64,000 bases of DNA from an uncultured Nitrososphaeria archaeon (GCA_964655015.1 CAZZKR010000022.1:6583-70582), one strand, 5' to 3'; shown: positions 9,478-20,614, counted from the first letter of the stretch. Program-made: numbers and translations. The notes: generated by a model not told the origin, from the sequence alone.

Positions 9478-10098
9478 CTACTTTAACTGGCTACTTACCT
9501 CAAGCCCTTTGGAGAAGCCAGCTTCGAATGCCCGGATGTTAATTTTTGCGACCTTCTCCGCAAACATCCCCTCTATCGCTGCGTGGAAATTGTTTTTGGG
9601 TATTGGAATATCAGAGACGGCTTTCATAAACCCAAGCAGTACAGTACCCGCGGCTAAACTTGAGCCAGCTGAAATGGCTAGCTCGGACGCATTAACCGCA
9701 AATGCCTTCTTTGCGATGCTCGTAAGGGCTGACTTTATGTCATCCAGTGGAGGATATTTTTGTTGTTTTAGTTGGACCGTTAAAGGATAGACGGGTTTCT
9801 CATTAAATATAACCATGCCGTCTTGCCTAAGATATTGAAGAGACGTTCTCAAGGCTTCCAGTGGTTCTATTCCAACCACTATGTCCGCAAATCCATCCGG
9901 GACTATCGATGAGTACACGTAATTGCCGAACCTTACGTGGCTGAGTATAGCACCACCTCTTTGCGCACCGCCTACGATGTCTGTGGTCTTGACCCTATAA
10001 CCCGAAGCTAACGCCGACTCTGCTAAAATTCTAGCAATGGTTACTACACCTTGGCCGCCTACGCCAGCGATTATAATATTCCAAACTTTATCCATCAT
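9478..10098 (-). CDS. iorB: Indolepyruvate:ferredoxin oxidoreductase subunit beta
   Basis: IAGVGGQGV N-terminus, about 200 aa, 4-nt overlap with iorA. Confidence 0.85.
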   Translation of the reverse strand: MMDKVWNIIIAGVGGQGVVTIARILAESALASGYRVKTTDIVGGAQRGGAILSHVRFGNYVYSSIVPDGFADIVVGIEPLEALRTSLQYLRQDGMVIFNEKPVYPLTVQLKQQKYPPLDDIKSALTSIAKKAFAVNASELAISAGSSLAAGTVLLGFMKAVSDIPIPKNNFHAAIEGMFAEKVAKINIRAFEAGFSKGLEVSSQLK

Positions 10099-11999
10099 GA
10101 CACCTCCCTAACGATAGCTCTGTATGGACAAATCTGAGCACAAACTCCGCAGCCTGTACAATCGCTACTCTCTATCTTGGCCTTGTTGTTTTCACTTATT
10201 ACAAGGGCAGGGCACCCAAATTGCTGTGTGCATATGCCGCAACCGGTGCACTTATCATCTAAAACTACGTATCTGGGTAACCGCTCGCCCTTTATCCTAG
10301 CCTCCCTAGCTACGTATACTGCGCATGGAGAGCGTGAGACGAGCATAGCGGGTCCAGGCCCTTGGAAATTGATTGCTTCCTCGAAAGCCTTTTCAGCCTC
10401 TTTCAAGTCTAAAGGATTGAACGTTTTTACGAACTTTACACCGACGGCCCGTGCTATATCTTCCGGTAGTATGCGCGCAGTACTACTACCGTTTGCATTC
10501 AGCCCTAGGCTTGGCGATGGTTGCTGGCCGGTCATACCGACTACGAGGTTGTCCAGCACTACTATAACGAACCTAGCGTCGTTGTACACAGCATTTAACA
10601 GACCAGGTATGCCTGCATGGAAGAATGTTGAGTCGCCGATTATTGCAAACACTTTGCTATCAACATTAGCCTTTGCGAAACCACAGGCCAAACCTATGCT
10701 TGCACCCATCGAGAACTTCAGGTCTATCAGCTGAAATGGAGGTTGAGATGCGAAGCTATAGCAGCCTATGTCGCCGCAGAATAGTGCCTTATCTTTGAGC
10801 ATTTTATTAACCACCTTTCTCATCGCATAGAAAGTGGCCCTATGAGGACAACCGCTACACATGGTAAGCGGTCTGGAAAGTAACATATGCCTAAACTTAG
10901 CAACATGGGGCCTTTCTTGTATTGGATAAGATAATTTCTCTCCAGTTACCATTTCGAGCAATCTTACTACCTCACTGAACGTAACCTCGCCTACAAGTCT
11001 TGGGTTAAAGCTATCACGCCCATACACTTTACAATTTATCCCTTTCTCAGCTAAGACAGCCCTTATGTTATTTTGTAAGTAGGGTTCCACATCCTCCACT
11101 ACAATAACAGCATCAAGATCGTTGCAGAAATTCATGAGGAGTTTCTTTGGTAGTGGATGGGGCGCTGCCAACTTAAGCATCGCAAATTTATCCTCCAAGT
11201 TATAGCACTTCAAAGTCTCCACAGCAATATCATAACTCATTCCCGCTGAGATTAGTCCCCATTTTTCGTTACCACGCTTTACTATTTTGTTAAATGGTGA
11301 TTGTTCAATAATTGACTCGATTAGTTCTTGCTTTTTATGCAAGTTTTCATGAAGCCTTACCGACCTTCCGCCAGCACCTGCGACTATATATCTCTCATCT
11401 TTTTTGAATTCGGCTTTAACATTAGACCTAATTATCTCTCCCAAAACAACATCTTCAAGACCGTGTGAAACCCTTTGTGCTGAACGTAAAAGTACTGGAA
11501 GTTTAATGCGCTCCGAAACCTCGATGCCCCACACGACCATGTCTTTTGCCTCTGCCGGGCCTGAGGGTTCTAGCATGGGGAGCTCGCTCATGGACGCTAG
11601 GAACCTTATGTCTTCCTCGTTTTGCGAAGCTCTGCTTTGCGGGTCATCGCCGACCACCACAAGCATGCCGGCCTCAATGCCGCTGAGACTTATACACATC
11701 AGAGGGTCAAGGGCCCAGTTCAACCCAACGTGCTTCATCGCAGCAAGAGACCTGAGACCCGCAATCGATGCTGCAGATGCGGCTTCCAAAGCCACCATTT
11801 CATTAATGGACCATTCGGCATATATGCCAAGTTCCTTAGACACTAATAAAAAAGTATCAAGTATCTCGGTGCACGGATTTCCGGGATAAGATGTAGCAAA
11901 CTTGACGTCGGCCTCTATGGCGCCCCTAACGATGGCTTCGTTTCCAGAGAGGATGACACGTTTGCCTTTTTCGTTGCTGAGTAGAGATTGCTTTAACAT
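10095..11999 (-). CDS. iorA: Indolepyruvate:ferredoxin oxidoreductase subunit alpha
   Basis: TPP-binding GDSTFFH motif, C-terminal 2x CxxCxxCxxxCP, about 630 aa. Confidence 0.9.
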   Translation of the reverse strand: MLKQSLLSNEKGKRVILSGNEAIVRGAIEADVKFATSYPGNPCTEILDTFLLVSKELGIYAEWSINEMVALEAASAASIAGLRSLAAMKHVGLNWALDPLMCISLSGIEAGMLVVVGDDPQSRASQNEEDIRFLASMSELPMLEPSGPAEAKDMVVWGIEVSERIKLPVLLRSAQRVSHGLEDVVLGEIIRSNVKAEFKKDERYIVAGAGGRSVRLHENLHKKQELIESIIEQSPFNKIVKRGNEKWGLISAGMSYDIAVETLKCYNLEDKFAMLKLAAPHPLPKKLLMNFCNDLDAVIVVEDVEPYLQNNIRAVLAEKGINCKVYGRDSFNPRLVGEVTFSEVVRLLEMVTGEKLSYPIQERPHVAKFRHMLLSRPLTMCSGCPHRATFYAMRKVVNKMLKDKALFCGDIGCYSFASQPPFQLIDLKFSMGASIGLACGFAKANVDSKVFAIIGDSTFFHAGIPGLLNAVYNDARFVIVVLDNLVVGMTGQQPSPSLGLNANGSSTARILPEDIARAVGVKFVKTFNPLDLKEAEKAFEEAINFQGPGPAMLVSRSPCAVYVAREARIKGERLPRYVVLDDKCTGCGICTQQFGCPALVISENNKAKIESSDCTGCGVCAQICPYRAIVREVS

Positions 12000-12121
12000 T
12001 TTCTTTTACCCGTCTAGCACAACCAGTTAAAAAATGTTACTTTTATGAGTAGAATTACGGGTTTGCTAATGTTTCCAACAAATGTTAATTAGAATCACTG
12101 AAGTAATCACAACAGACGAAG

Positions 12122-12820
12122 TTGAAGCACCGCTTTCCCGTAAGATATGTTACATATGACGATGAGCATTGGAGGTTACTAAAGAACCTCCGGATAAAAG
12201 CCATCAACCTCATGGAAGCGCTCAGGAGACGTAACCTGTTTTCCTTAACCTACGGTAGCATAGTAAGGGGCGACGTCAAACCGACCAGCGATGTTGACAT
12301 CTTCATACCCTACGTCGTACCATCACAAGATATCGAGTTGGCACTAATGAGTGCTGGTTACAGCATAGTTTCAAGGGAAGTTGTGCAAGCTACACCTTCG
12401 TACGTCGTAAAGGGATACATCTATGTTGATGAATTAACATCAGTTTCTTTCCCCCTAATTCCGATGAGAATTGAGGAAGAAATGTTCTACTCACTCGCGG
12501 GAAAAGCAGACCTGGATGAGTTAATAAAGGATGTAAGGAAACCTGGTATAAACAAAGAGTTGATGCTTATTGTACCAACAGAAGAAGGTCATTATGAACT
12601 CGCGATTGATGGTGGAATAGAAGAGGCGGCGAAAGTGCTTTCTGTAGACCCTAGCGTACTCAGAAAGAGGGTGTACGTTCTTAAAAGACGAAAAGAAATA
12701 GGCAGGACTGGTGTTTATAGGTCGATTCTACTCCAACCCGATGATTCCTTCGAAAGTGTCCTGAAAAGGCTAATAAATACATCCCCGTCGCTTAGGAGAA
12801 GACTTAAAGAATATGAATAA
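12122..12820 (+). CDS. Nucleotidyltransferase (Pol-beta-like fold) domain protein
   Basis: GS.VRGD..P.SDVD motif (GSIVRGDVKPTSDVDIF). Confidence 0.6.
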   Translation: MKHRFPVRYVTYDDEHWRLLKNLRIKAINLMEALRRRNLFSLTYGSIVRGDVKPTSDVDIFIPYVVPSQDIELALMSAGYSIVSREVVQATPSYVVKGYIYVDELTSVSFPLIPMRIEEEMFYSLAGKADLDELIKDVRKPGINKELMLIVPTEEGHYELAIDGGIEEAAKVLSVDPSVLRKRVYVLKRRKEIGRTGVYRSILLQPDDSFESVLKRLINTSPSLRRRLKEYE

Positions 12821-12869
12821 TAGAGACGTTCATTGATGCTCGCATATTGCAGCTAAGGGGTATGGTGGT

Positions 12870-13952
12870 TTGGAAATAATATCGGTAAATCCCAGCAAGA
12901 GGTTTGTAAAGCTGATACCCGAGACGACGCTTGACCTGCTTAACCTCTACAGGATAATATCTGTAGGCGATATCGTTTACTCTGATACGAGCAGGGAAAT
13001 CAAAAAGCAAAGGGCGAACGGAAAAGTTGACAGCGAAAGGGTTAGAGTCACCATAGGTGTGAGGCTCGAAAAGAAGTCTTTAGACCCCCTCATGAAAAGG
13101 CTCCGCCTCCTTGGTAGGATAACGCATGCTGATGTAGATCTCGATTTAATCGGAAAGCACCATTCATTGAATGTGGATGTCGGGACTGAGCTGGGAATAA
13201 AGGCCGAAAAAGACTTTTCTAGGTTGGAAAGTTTTGCGGAACATTATCGAAAATTAGGTAAAGCAAAATTTTTGCTCTGTGTGTTATTAGATGATGAACA
13301 ATTCACAATAACGTCTTTAAGCAACTCAGGTATAGAGGTAGTACATAAAGGCAGATTCGTTTCGCAGAATAAAGAGAGACCAGATGAACACGTAAAAAGC
13401 GTAGAAAATATTTACGCAGAGATCGCTGAAACCATTGAAAGAAAGCTCGAGATAGAAAAACCAATCGTCGTTGTTTTAGGGAACGAGATAGCAGTGGAAA
13501 ATTTTATCAAATTCTTGAAGAAGGATAGAGAGAAAGTTTTCAAGACTATCAAAAAAATTGGTTACGTTTCGGACGGCTCCTTTGCAGGACTACAGGAAGC
13601 ATTAAGGAATAAACTCCTTGACGACGTTGGCAGCTCAATCAAACCGGTAAGGGATGCAGAGATTGTCGAAAAATTCATAGAGTTTATGTCGAAAAATTCG
13701 ACGAACGTCGCCATAGGGTTTGAAGAAGTTTGCAAGGCGGTAGAGTTGGGAGCAATTAAAGACATCATAGTAACTGAAGATTTTATCTGGGAGAAAATGC
13801 ATGACGAAAGGCTCCAGCGAATTATGGATTTGGTTGATGAACGACGCATCGAAATGCACATAGTGCTTCCTGGTACGGAAGCAGGTGAGAAAATAAGGGC
13901 ATTCGGAAGCATTGTAGGTATATTAAAGTATCCGGTGAAACTTAATTACTGA
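12870..13952 (+). CDS. pelA: Pelota/Dom34 mRNA surveillance protein
   Basis: Pelota-like N-terminus (VKLIPETTLDLLNLYRIISVGD), eRF1-like middle and C-terminal domains, about 360 aa. Confidence 0.9.
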   Translation: MEIISVNPSKRFVKLIPETTLDLLNLYRIISVGDIVYSDTSREIKKQRANGKVDSERVRVTIGVRLEKKSLDPLMKRLRLLGRITHADVDLDLIGKHHSLNVDVGTELGIKAEKDFSRLESFAEHYRKLGKAKFLLCVLLDDEQFTITSLSNSGIEVVHKGRFVSQNKERPDEHVKSVENIYAEIAETIERKLEIEKPIVVVLGNEIAVENFIKFLKKDREKVFKTIKKIGYVSDGSFAGLQEALRNKLLDDVGSSIKPVRDAEIVEKFIEFMSKNSTNVAIGFEEVCKAVELGAIKDIIVTEDFIWEKMHDERLQRIMDLVDERRIEMHIVLPGTEAGEKIRAFGSIVGILKYPVKLNY

Positions 13953-15096
13953 CAAGCTGGTCGGCTGATATTATATGAACATTTGGTGACCTCTTTGATA
14001 TTTCGCCTATTCTCATTCCTATCAGGTACACATCGTGATCAAGTGTTGCTGCAATATCTACGAGCCTCTGAGTCACCACGCCGTCAAATACCACGTACTT
14101 CATATTTTTGTATTCAGGCATCTTTTGAGCCAGTTCACTCACGGGCATCTTTGCTAACACTTGAAACGCTTCATCCAATATTACTGCCACGAGGTTTCCA
14201 TCAACTTCTCTCACGAATTGTACGAGTTCCTCGGGTATTTGAGCGGATTTTTCTGCAGCCCAGTGCTTAATGTTTTTAATGGCCTCTTCTACCGTTACGG
14301 CACGCTGTAAAGCTTCCGATATTTCCTTGCCCGTTAGTTCTTCGACCTCCTTACCGTAAGGTGCCCTTGCCACGAAATCTATCTTAGAATTTTGCAACAA
14401 TTCCCTAAGTATCAAATCGCCGCCTCTATCACCGTCGAGGAATGCTATGACAGTTTTCTTCCTTTTCGTTAACTCTGAGATCGATTTTGGTACTTTTACA
14501 CCTTCAACAGCTATGACATTCCTATAACCATGACGTAGGAGGTTTATCACATCAGCCCTTCCCTCGACTATTATTAATTCATTACAGGATTCAACATCAG
14601 GTCCAGCGGGAAGTCTATCAGGTCCAAATTCTATGACCTTGCTTCTGATAACGACCTCTTCAAGTTCTTTAAGAACATAGTCGTCTTCTGGAATCTTTTC
14701 CTTTTCCCATTCGTAAAGTATGGCCTTTGCTCTTTCGATAATCTTTCTCTTCTTTTCAGCCCTCGTATCTTCAATCTTTTCTATGGTAACCCTCGCATGA
14801 TAAGGCCCCACCCTATCAATGCTCTCTACCATCGCAGCTATAAGGGCCGTCATGAACCTGTCAAGGTTTGTAGGGATAAAGATTTTTCCCGTAGTTTTGT
14901 TGCCTTGGGATGTTGAAGTTAGTTCTATCCTTCCTATCCTTCCCGTCTTCTGGAGCTCTCTGAAATCCAACTCCGAGCTGAATATCCCCTCGGTCTGTCC
15001 GAATATTGCGCCGATTATGTCGTTTTTGTCAACAACCCCGTCAACCTCTATCTTAGCCTCTATTACATATTTGACGGATGTTATTCCTGTGCTCAA
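13942..15096 (-). CDS. dnaG: Archaeal DnaG (TOPRIM) primase/exosome-associated protein
   Basis: YVIEAKIEVDGVVDKNDIIGAIFGQTEG N-terminus and TOPRIM motifs (IIVEGRADV, DGDRGG). Confidence 0.9.
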   Translation of the reverse strand: MSTGITSVKYVIEAKIEVDGVVDKNDIIGAIFGQTEGIFSSELDFRELQKTGRIGRIELTSTSQGNKTTGKIFIPTNLDRFMTALIAAMVESIDRVGPYHARVTIEKIEDTRAEKKRKIIERAKAILYEWEKEKIPEDDYVLKELEEVVIRSKVIEFGPDRLPAGPDVESCNELIIVEGRADVINLLRHGYRNVIAVEGVKVPKSISELTKRKKTVIAFLDGDRGGDLILRELLQNSKIDFVARAPYGKEVEELTGKEISEALQRAVTVEEAIKNIKHWAAEKSAQIPEELVQFVREVDGNLVAVILDEAFQVLAKMPVSELAQKMPEYKNMKYVVFDGVVTQRLVDIAATLDHDVYLIGMRIGEISKRSPNVHIISADQLVSN

Positions 15097-15238
15097 AAAT
15101 TATCACCTCGTTATCATTTTTAGAGTTAATTATTAACCATCACCGGATTCTCATGAATATGGGTCGAGAGACTTAATATAAGCTTTAACTTTTTGACGAC
15201 ACCTGTCGAGGTCGTAGGAATCGCAGAATGTTGCCACG

Positions 15239-16450
15239 TCAAAAGCTTATTCTCGTGGCCCTTGGAAAGGTCTCAAAATATTCCTTGGCGGCTTTATACA
15301 CCCTTTCCCTATATTCATTTTCTGTATAGACCCTGATTATGTTGTAAACTTCGCTTACGGATTTGAGCAAGAAGGATTCTACGCTCACCTCTCTTATGCC
15401 TTCGGCGCTCTCCTCGTAGAACGTAACCTCCTGAGAATCTGAAAGCGGCAATGGTGGAACATACGGTGTATCTACCCATACGTGTTCAGCGCTTATTCCA
15501 GCCATCGAAGCTATCTCTTCCTCAACACTCTTTTTTATATGTGGTTTGCTCAGAATGGTTAATGAGATCTTCTCACCAGATATTCTGCCCTCAAAAGCCC
15601 GTTTTGGCAACACCCTTCTCTCTATTCTTTTTATTATTTCCCTCGACTTTTCGTTGGACTTCATCATGCACCACACCGTGTAATCGTCGTGCGAAATGTA
15701 CTCCTCGACCGACATGGAGGAGAAATCCAAGAGATGCTCGATTAACCGAACACCCTTTAAGAATAAAGACTGGGCAGCCCTGGCTGCATGATGGAAGTAA
15801 ATATTCATGAAAGACTGAAAGCGTGCTAGCGCTAATTCCTCTAACACACCTAACCCACGAACGCTTATCATAGTTTTTCCGTCGACGATTTTTGTCATCA
15901 TGATTATTCTCTTAGCATCCACTATTCCGTATGTGGCACCGGTAAAGTAAGAATCTCTTATGAGGAAGTCGAGTTTATCTACGTCCGTCGGTCCGGATAT
16001 TATGGCGGATTCTGGTCTGCGTTTTTCAATGACGTCTATGACGTCCTTAACCCTAATGCCTGATGCTTCTATCGCGGATGCAAGCTCGGCATCCTCATTT
16101 AATATTTTTACACCCATCATTTCATGATTCATGCCTTTTTCGATTAACAAAGCTTCCAGAAGATGGGAGTAGGGCGTGTGGCCTATGTCATGAACTAATG
16201 CTGCATACCTCAACACTCTTGACCAATATTCATCGAATTCGAGATGTTTAGCATATTCTCCTGCGAGATAAAAGCAACCCAATGAATGGTCAAACCGTGT
16301 GTGCCTCGCACAAGGGTATACCAGGTAAACTAAGGGTAATTGCATTATCCTCCTTAATCTTTGGAAAGATACCGTATCAACGACCCGCCTGTCGTACTCA
16401 TCAAGCTCTATGTATCCCCATATTGGGTCTTTTACCAGCTTAACTTTCAT
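15239..16450 (-). CDS. HD-domain phosphohydrolase (dNTP triphosphohydrolase-like)
   Basis: RFDHSLG...HDIGHTPYSH motifs. Confidence 0.8.
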   Translation of the reverse strand: MKVKLVKDPIWGYIELDEYDRRVVDTVSFQRLRRIMQLPLVYLVYPCARHTRFDHSLGCFYLAGEYAKHLEFDEYWSRVLRYAALVHDIGHTPYSHLLEALLIEKGMNHEMMGVKILNEDAELASAIEASGIRVKDVIDVIEKRRPESAIISGPTDVDKLDFLIRDSYFTGATYGIVDAKRIIMMTKIVDGKTMISVRGLGVLEELALARFQSFMNIYFHHAARAAQSLFLKGVRLIEHLLDFSSMSVEEYISHDDYTVWCMMKSNEKSREIIKRIERRVLPKRAFEGRISGEKISLTILSKPHIKKSVEEEIASMAGISAEHVWVDTPYVPPLPLSDSQEVTFYEESAEGIREVSVESFLLKSVSEVYNIIRVYTENEYRERVYKAAKEYFETFPRATRISF

Positions 16451-16554
16451 CGCATTTATGAATGAAGTCTACCTTTTTAGATTTTTTGTAACAACGTCCC
16501 GGCCTATTGCCTAATTCTCCACGAAGTTTATAGTCTACTGTAATCAAGCAAATC

Positions 16555-17439
16555 TTGGTTAAAATGAAGCTAGTCCCGGGTCCTGCATCCACGGAGCTTG
16601 CAATTAAGGTGTCTGGCATATTAGGTCTGAGGTTAACGAACTTGGAACATAAGACGTTCCCAGACGGCGAATCCTACTTTAGGTATGTAGATAGTGTGGA
16701 AAATGAAGATGTAGTGATATTCCAAGGCACCCATCCGCCCCAAGACAAGCATATACTTCAACTTTGCCTTCTATCGAGCGGGGCAAAGGATTTAGGTGCT
16801 AGTAGTGTTGTGGCAGCTATACCTTATTTGGCGTATGCTAAGCAGGACAAGCGATTCAAGGAAGGTGAGGTGGTAAGCATAGATGCTGTGTTGAACATCC
16901 TTAAGCAATCCGGTGTAGACAAAATATTGACAGTAAATATACATGCGCCGTGGATTATCGATAGATCACCAGTCCCTATTGAGAACTTGGATGCTATCGG
17001 TATACTCGCCTCCTACATCACCCAAATGAACCTAAAAAACCCCATAATCTTGGCACCAGGAAAGAAGGGGGAGGAGATGAGTGCCGCTGCCGCAAAGGTC
17101 TTGAATGCCGATTATGGTACTATTAAAACAAAAAGGGACATCAATACGGGAGCTGTGGAGGTTAGCTTAGAGGATGTAAACGTTAAGGGTAGGGATGTTA
17201 TAGTGGTCGATGACATGATAAGCACAGGTGGCACGATTGTTAAGTCCGTGAATGCCCTCAAGTCGGCCGGAGCTAGAAGAATACTCGTCGGCTGTGTCCA
17301 TGCGATAATGGTAAACGATGCTGATAAGAAAATTATTTCATCGGGTGCGGATACTATAGTGGCCACGGATACCGTTCCCAACAAGTATGCTTTCGTGTCT
17401 GTAGCAGGTCTTCTAGCAGAAAGCTTGCGAAAATTATGA
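16555..17439 (+). CDS. prs: Ribose-phosphate pyrophosphokinase
   Basis: FPDGE, PYLAYAKQDK, VVDDMISTGGT motifs. Confidence 0.9.
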   Translation: MVKMKLVPGPASTELAIKVSGILGLRLTNLEHKTFPDGESYFRYVDSVENEDVVIFQGTHPPQDKHILQLCLLSSGAKDLGASSVVAAIPYLAYAKQDKRFKEGEVVSIDAVLNILKQSGVDKILTVNIHAPWIIDRSPVPIENLDAIGILASYITQMNLKNPIILAPGKKGEEMSAAAAKVLNADYGTIKTKRDINTGAVEVSLEDVNVKGRDVIVVDDMISTGGTIVKSVNALKSAGARRILVGCVHAIMVNDADKKIISSGADTIVATDTVPNKYAFVSVAGLLAESLRKL

Positions 17440-18476
17440 AGGAAAGAACACGATATTTCTTCCACCTGTCGGGCGAGTATCCCGAGCTGTCTTTCGGCGA
17501 GCTAAAGGCCATACTCTCTACATTCGATAGTTCCTCAAAGGTCGCTTTGGATTTTAAAAACGTTGGAATAGCGGAAACTACAAAAGATTGCGCAATCTTA
17601 GCCGTAGAGCGTTCTGCTTACGTTAAGGAAGCGGCACTGCTTGTGGCTAAATCTACAGATATGCAGGAGCTACTCAATAACGTAAAATCAGCACCTTTGT
17701 ATGAGTTGCTGAATGATGGAGAAACGTTCGAGGTAAGGTGCGTAAAATGTTGGGGTGCGGAGTACGAGACAAAAAAAGTTGAAGCAGAGTTGGGAAGAAT
17801 CATCCTGAATTGTGGAAAATACGTCTCAGTAAACTTGGAAAAACCTGACAAAAGGTTCGTAGTTTTGGCGACACCGCATGGGCTTTTCTTTGGACTATCG
17901 ATCGCAAAGAAGAGAAAGAAGGAGTTCTATGAGAGGAAGGCAGGCAAGAGACCATTCACGTTACCTTCTGCCCTTCAGCCTAAAATTGCTAGATGTATGG
18001 TTAACTTGGCTAGGATTAGGCCTGGTGGTAGAGTCCTCGACCCATTCGCTGGCTCAGCATCAATACTTAGCGAGGCATGGTTGTTAGGATATGAGCCTGT
18101 AGGGTTGGAGATAAAATACTGGATATGTAAGGGTGCGAGGCTAAACTTGGAGCGTTATGCGCCTGGCGGTCTAGGTATAATAAATGCCGACGCAAGAGCT
18201 GCACCATTAAGGAGGGGCTTTGACTCAATTGTGACAGACCCTCCCTATGGTAGGTCCACGACGATACCGGCCAACTCGTTAACCAATTTACTAGAAGATT
18301 TTCTATCGAAGTTAACAGACCTCCTTATAGAGGGAGGGAGCGTATGCATGGCCTCGCCCTCGGACATCGATGTAATCTCCCTAGGGAAAGCATACGGTTT
18401 AGAAGTCTTAGAAACGTACACCATCAAGGTACACAGGACCTTGACGAGAAACATAACAGTTTTTAGGATGCGATAA
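17436..18476 (+). CDS. tRNA (guanine10-N2)-methyltransferase, Trm11/Trm-G10 family (THUMP plus MTase)
   Basis: THUMP-like N-terminus, DPFAGS SAM motif and catalytic DPPYG. Confidence 0.75.
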   Translation: MKERTRYFFHLSGEYPELSFGELKAILSTFDSSSKVALDFKNVGIAETTKDCAILAVERSAYVKEAALLVAKSTDMQELLNNVKSAPLYELLNDGETFEVRCVKCWGAEYETKKVEAELGRIILNCGKYVSVNLEKPDKRFVVLATPHGLFFGLSIAKKRKKEFYERKAGKRPFTLPSALQPKIARCMVNLARIRPGGRVLDPFAGSASILSEAWLLGYEPVGLEIKYWICKGARLNLERYAPGGLGIINADARAAPLRRGFDSIVTDPPYGRSTTIPANSLTNLLEDFLSKLTDLLIEGGSVCMASPSDIDVISLGKAYGLEVLETYTIKVHRTLTRNITVFRMR

Positions 18477-18525
18477 AACAATTATTAAAATCAAGACCTC
18501 AAACAATCATCGGCAGGAATGTCGA

Positions 18526-19449
18526 TTGACGATTATGAGAATAGTCTTCTTGGGTACTGGGGGTGGCATGCCGAGCAGGAGACGTGGACTTCCAGCCATA
18601 GCAATAAAATATGCTGGTGGTGTGCTTTTATTTGATTGTGGCGAATCAACACAAAGACAAGCAATATTGGCTGGTGTAGGTTTTAAGAAGGACTTTAAGA
18701 TATTCTTAACCCACCTTCATGGGGATCACGTCCTAGGTTTGCCGGGTTTATTGTATACGATGTCCATGTTAGGTAGGGATGACCCCGTTGAGATCTACGG
18801 TCCTGCCGGCACGAAAAAGGTTATCGATTGTTTGCTTGTTACCACATCTGGCACGGTAGGTTTTCCAATAGAGATAATTGAAGTGGATGAAGGCGTTGTG
18901 TATTCATCACGAGAATATAAAATAGAGGCTATCAAAACGGAGCATACTACTGAGTCGTTAGCTTACAAGCTTCAAGAGAAAGAAAGGCCGGGTAAGATGC
19001 GCGTGGAATATTTAGAGAGTATAGGTCTACCAAGAGGTCCTTTATGGGGTAAATTGCAAAGAGGGTACGCCGTGGTTTACAAAGGTAGAAGGATAACGCC
19101 GGAAGAAGCGGTCGGTCCTCCAAGGAAGGGTAGGGTTGTTGTTTACACAGGAGACACGAGACCTACGGAGAGGATTGTGGAGTTTAGCAGGAATGCAGAC
19201 GTCCTAATACACGATGCAACGTTCTCTCATGAGCTCCTCGAAAGGGCAAAAATAGAGGGTCACTCTACAGCAAAGGAGGCTGCAGAAATCGCTGCCGCGG
19301 CCGCGGTGAAGAGGTTGTACTTGTTTCACATAAGTCCTAGATACGATGACAATCCAGAGCAACTTTTGTCCGAAGCAAGGAGCATATTCCCGCAAACGTA
19401 CCTATCCGAAGATTTTATGCAATTTGATGTACCATACCCCTCAGAGTAA
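18526..19449 (+). CDS. rnz: Ribonuclease Z
   Basis: LGTGGG.P, metallo-beta-lactamase THLHGDH, about 307 aa. Confidence 0.9.
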   Translation: MTIMRIVFLGTGGGMPSRRRGLPAIAIKYAGGVLLFDCGESTQRQAILAGVGFKKDFKIFLTHLHGDHVLGLPGLLYTMSMLGRDDPVEIYGPAGTKKVIDCLLVTTSGTVGFPIEIIEVDEGVVYSSREYKIEAIKTEHTTESLAYKLQEKERPGKMRVEYLESIGLPRGPLWGKLQRGYAVVYKGRRITPEEAVGPPRKGRVVVYTGDTRPTERIVEFSRNADVLIHDATFSHELLERAKIEGHSTAKEAAEIAAAAAVKRLYLFHISPRYDDNPEQLLSEARSIFPQTYLSEDFMQFDVPYPSE

Positions 19450-19483
19450 GACTGAAATTAAAAATTCTCGTGCTCTGTTCAAT

Positions 19484-20227
19484 TCAAAGAATTTTGAATC
19501 TTAGCAAGGTTTCATTCAATTTGTTTAAGCTCTCTTCAACGTTGCTTTTGCATTCTAACGTCACGAATCCTTCATATCCTTTTTTAGCCAAACTTTCTAA
19601 AATCCTTCGCCATGGAATCTTACCAGAATCTAGGGGCATATGCAGGTCGTGCAATCCATCGTTATCATGCAAATGAACGTTCGCGAGTCTTTCGTAAAGA
19701 CGGCTCAAAAAATCCTCCATGTTCTTCTCAATATACGCATGACCTAAATCTAGGCATAGGCCCAAGTTTTTTGCGCATGTTGTATCAAATAGTATGATAA
19801 AATCTTCAAGGGTGTTTAAGTATGCGCTTTCGTTTGACGTGCAGTTCTCAACAAGTAATTTTATTCCAAACTTCGAGGCGACGTATGATAACTTCTCTAA
19901 GTTCTTAAGCGTAACTTCAAAATCTTCACACTTCGGGGCATGAATTACAACATAACTGGAGCGTAAAAGCCCAGCCAAAGATATCGTATTTTCAAGCCTT
20001 TTAAACGAAAAGGGTCCGAATGCTAACGGGTTATAGGGGCCGTGAACGTTTATCAAAGTTAAGTCGCTCGATACAGCTTTTTTGTAACTCTCAATCTTTT
20101 TGATGTCTAGCTCGTTAGGTTTTTCGTCTATTATTTCCCATGCTTTAACTTCTATACGCCTCAACCATTCTATAATTTTACTAAATGGTGATTCGTGAAC
20201 GAAGAGTGTTGATACACACGGTATCAT
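19484..20227 (-). CDS. Xylose-isomerase-like TIM-barrel protein (sugar phosphate isomerase/epimerase family)
   Basis: Pattern LCLDLGHA...HLHDNDG typical of the AP-endonuclease-2/xylose-isomerase-like TIM family. Confidence 0.7.
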   Translation of the reverse strand: MIPCVSTLFVHESPFSKIIEWLRRIEVKAWEIIDEKPNELDIKKIESYKKAVSSDLTLINVHGPYNPLAFGPFSFKRLENTISLAGLLRSSYVVIHAPKCEDFEVTLKNLEKLSYVASKFGIKLLVENCTSNESAYLNTLEDFIILFDTTCAKNLGLCLDLGHAYIEKNMEDFLSRLYERLANVHLHDNDGLHDLHMPLDSGKIPWRRILESLAKKGYEGFVTLECKSNVEESLNKLNETLLRFKIL

Positions 20228-20239
20228 ACTTTTACATCC

Positions 20240-20614
20240 TTATTCGGTGAGCCACTCTATCAACTTATTCGGATCGTCCGTCTTTATTGTAACCTTGATA
20301 GGGCCGAGCGGTGATTCACCTTCAGCATTCGAAAACGACACCTTACCAGCATATGCTGCCTGCTTATGCAGATAGAATTCCACAACGTTGCCCTTTATAC
20401 CGCTCCTCATAACGGCCTTGGCAGCAGACCTTATTTTCCTCTGCCTTATCATGCGCTTTAGCTTTTCAAGAGAATTTATATTCCCTGAACAGACTATCAC
20501 TTCATCCTGCACCGTATCCACCTTGACTTTAAATATGCTAAGTATACTCCTCACAACTTTTTCCCCGTCTTCGGTCGGGTTTAGGGGTGCTCTGACTTCT
20601 AGTTCGACATCCAA
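20240..20614 (-). CDS. UPF0201-family predicted RNA-binding protein
   Basis: N-terminus VELEVRAPLNPTEDGEKV is characteristic of archaeal UPF0201 (COG1931). Confidence 0.55.
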   Translation of the reverse strand: MDVELEVRAPLNPTEDGEKVVRSILSIFKVKVDTVQDEVIVCSGNINSLEKLKRMIRQRKIRSAAKAVMRSGIKGNVVEFYLHKQAAYAGKVSFSNAEGESPLGPIKVTIKTDDPNKLIEWLTE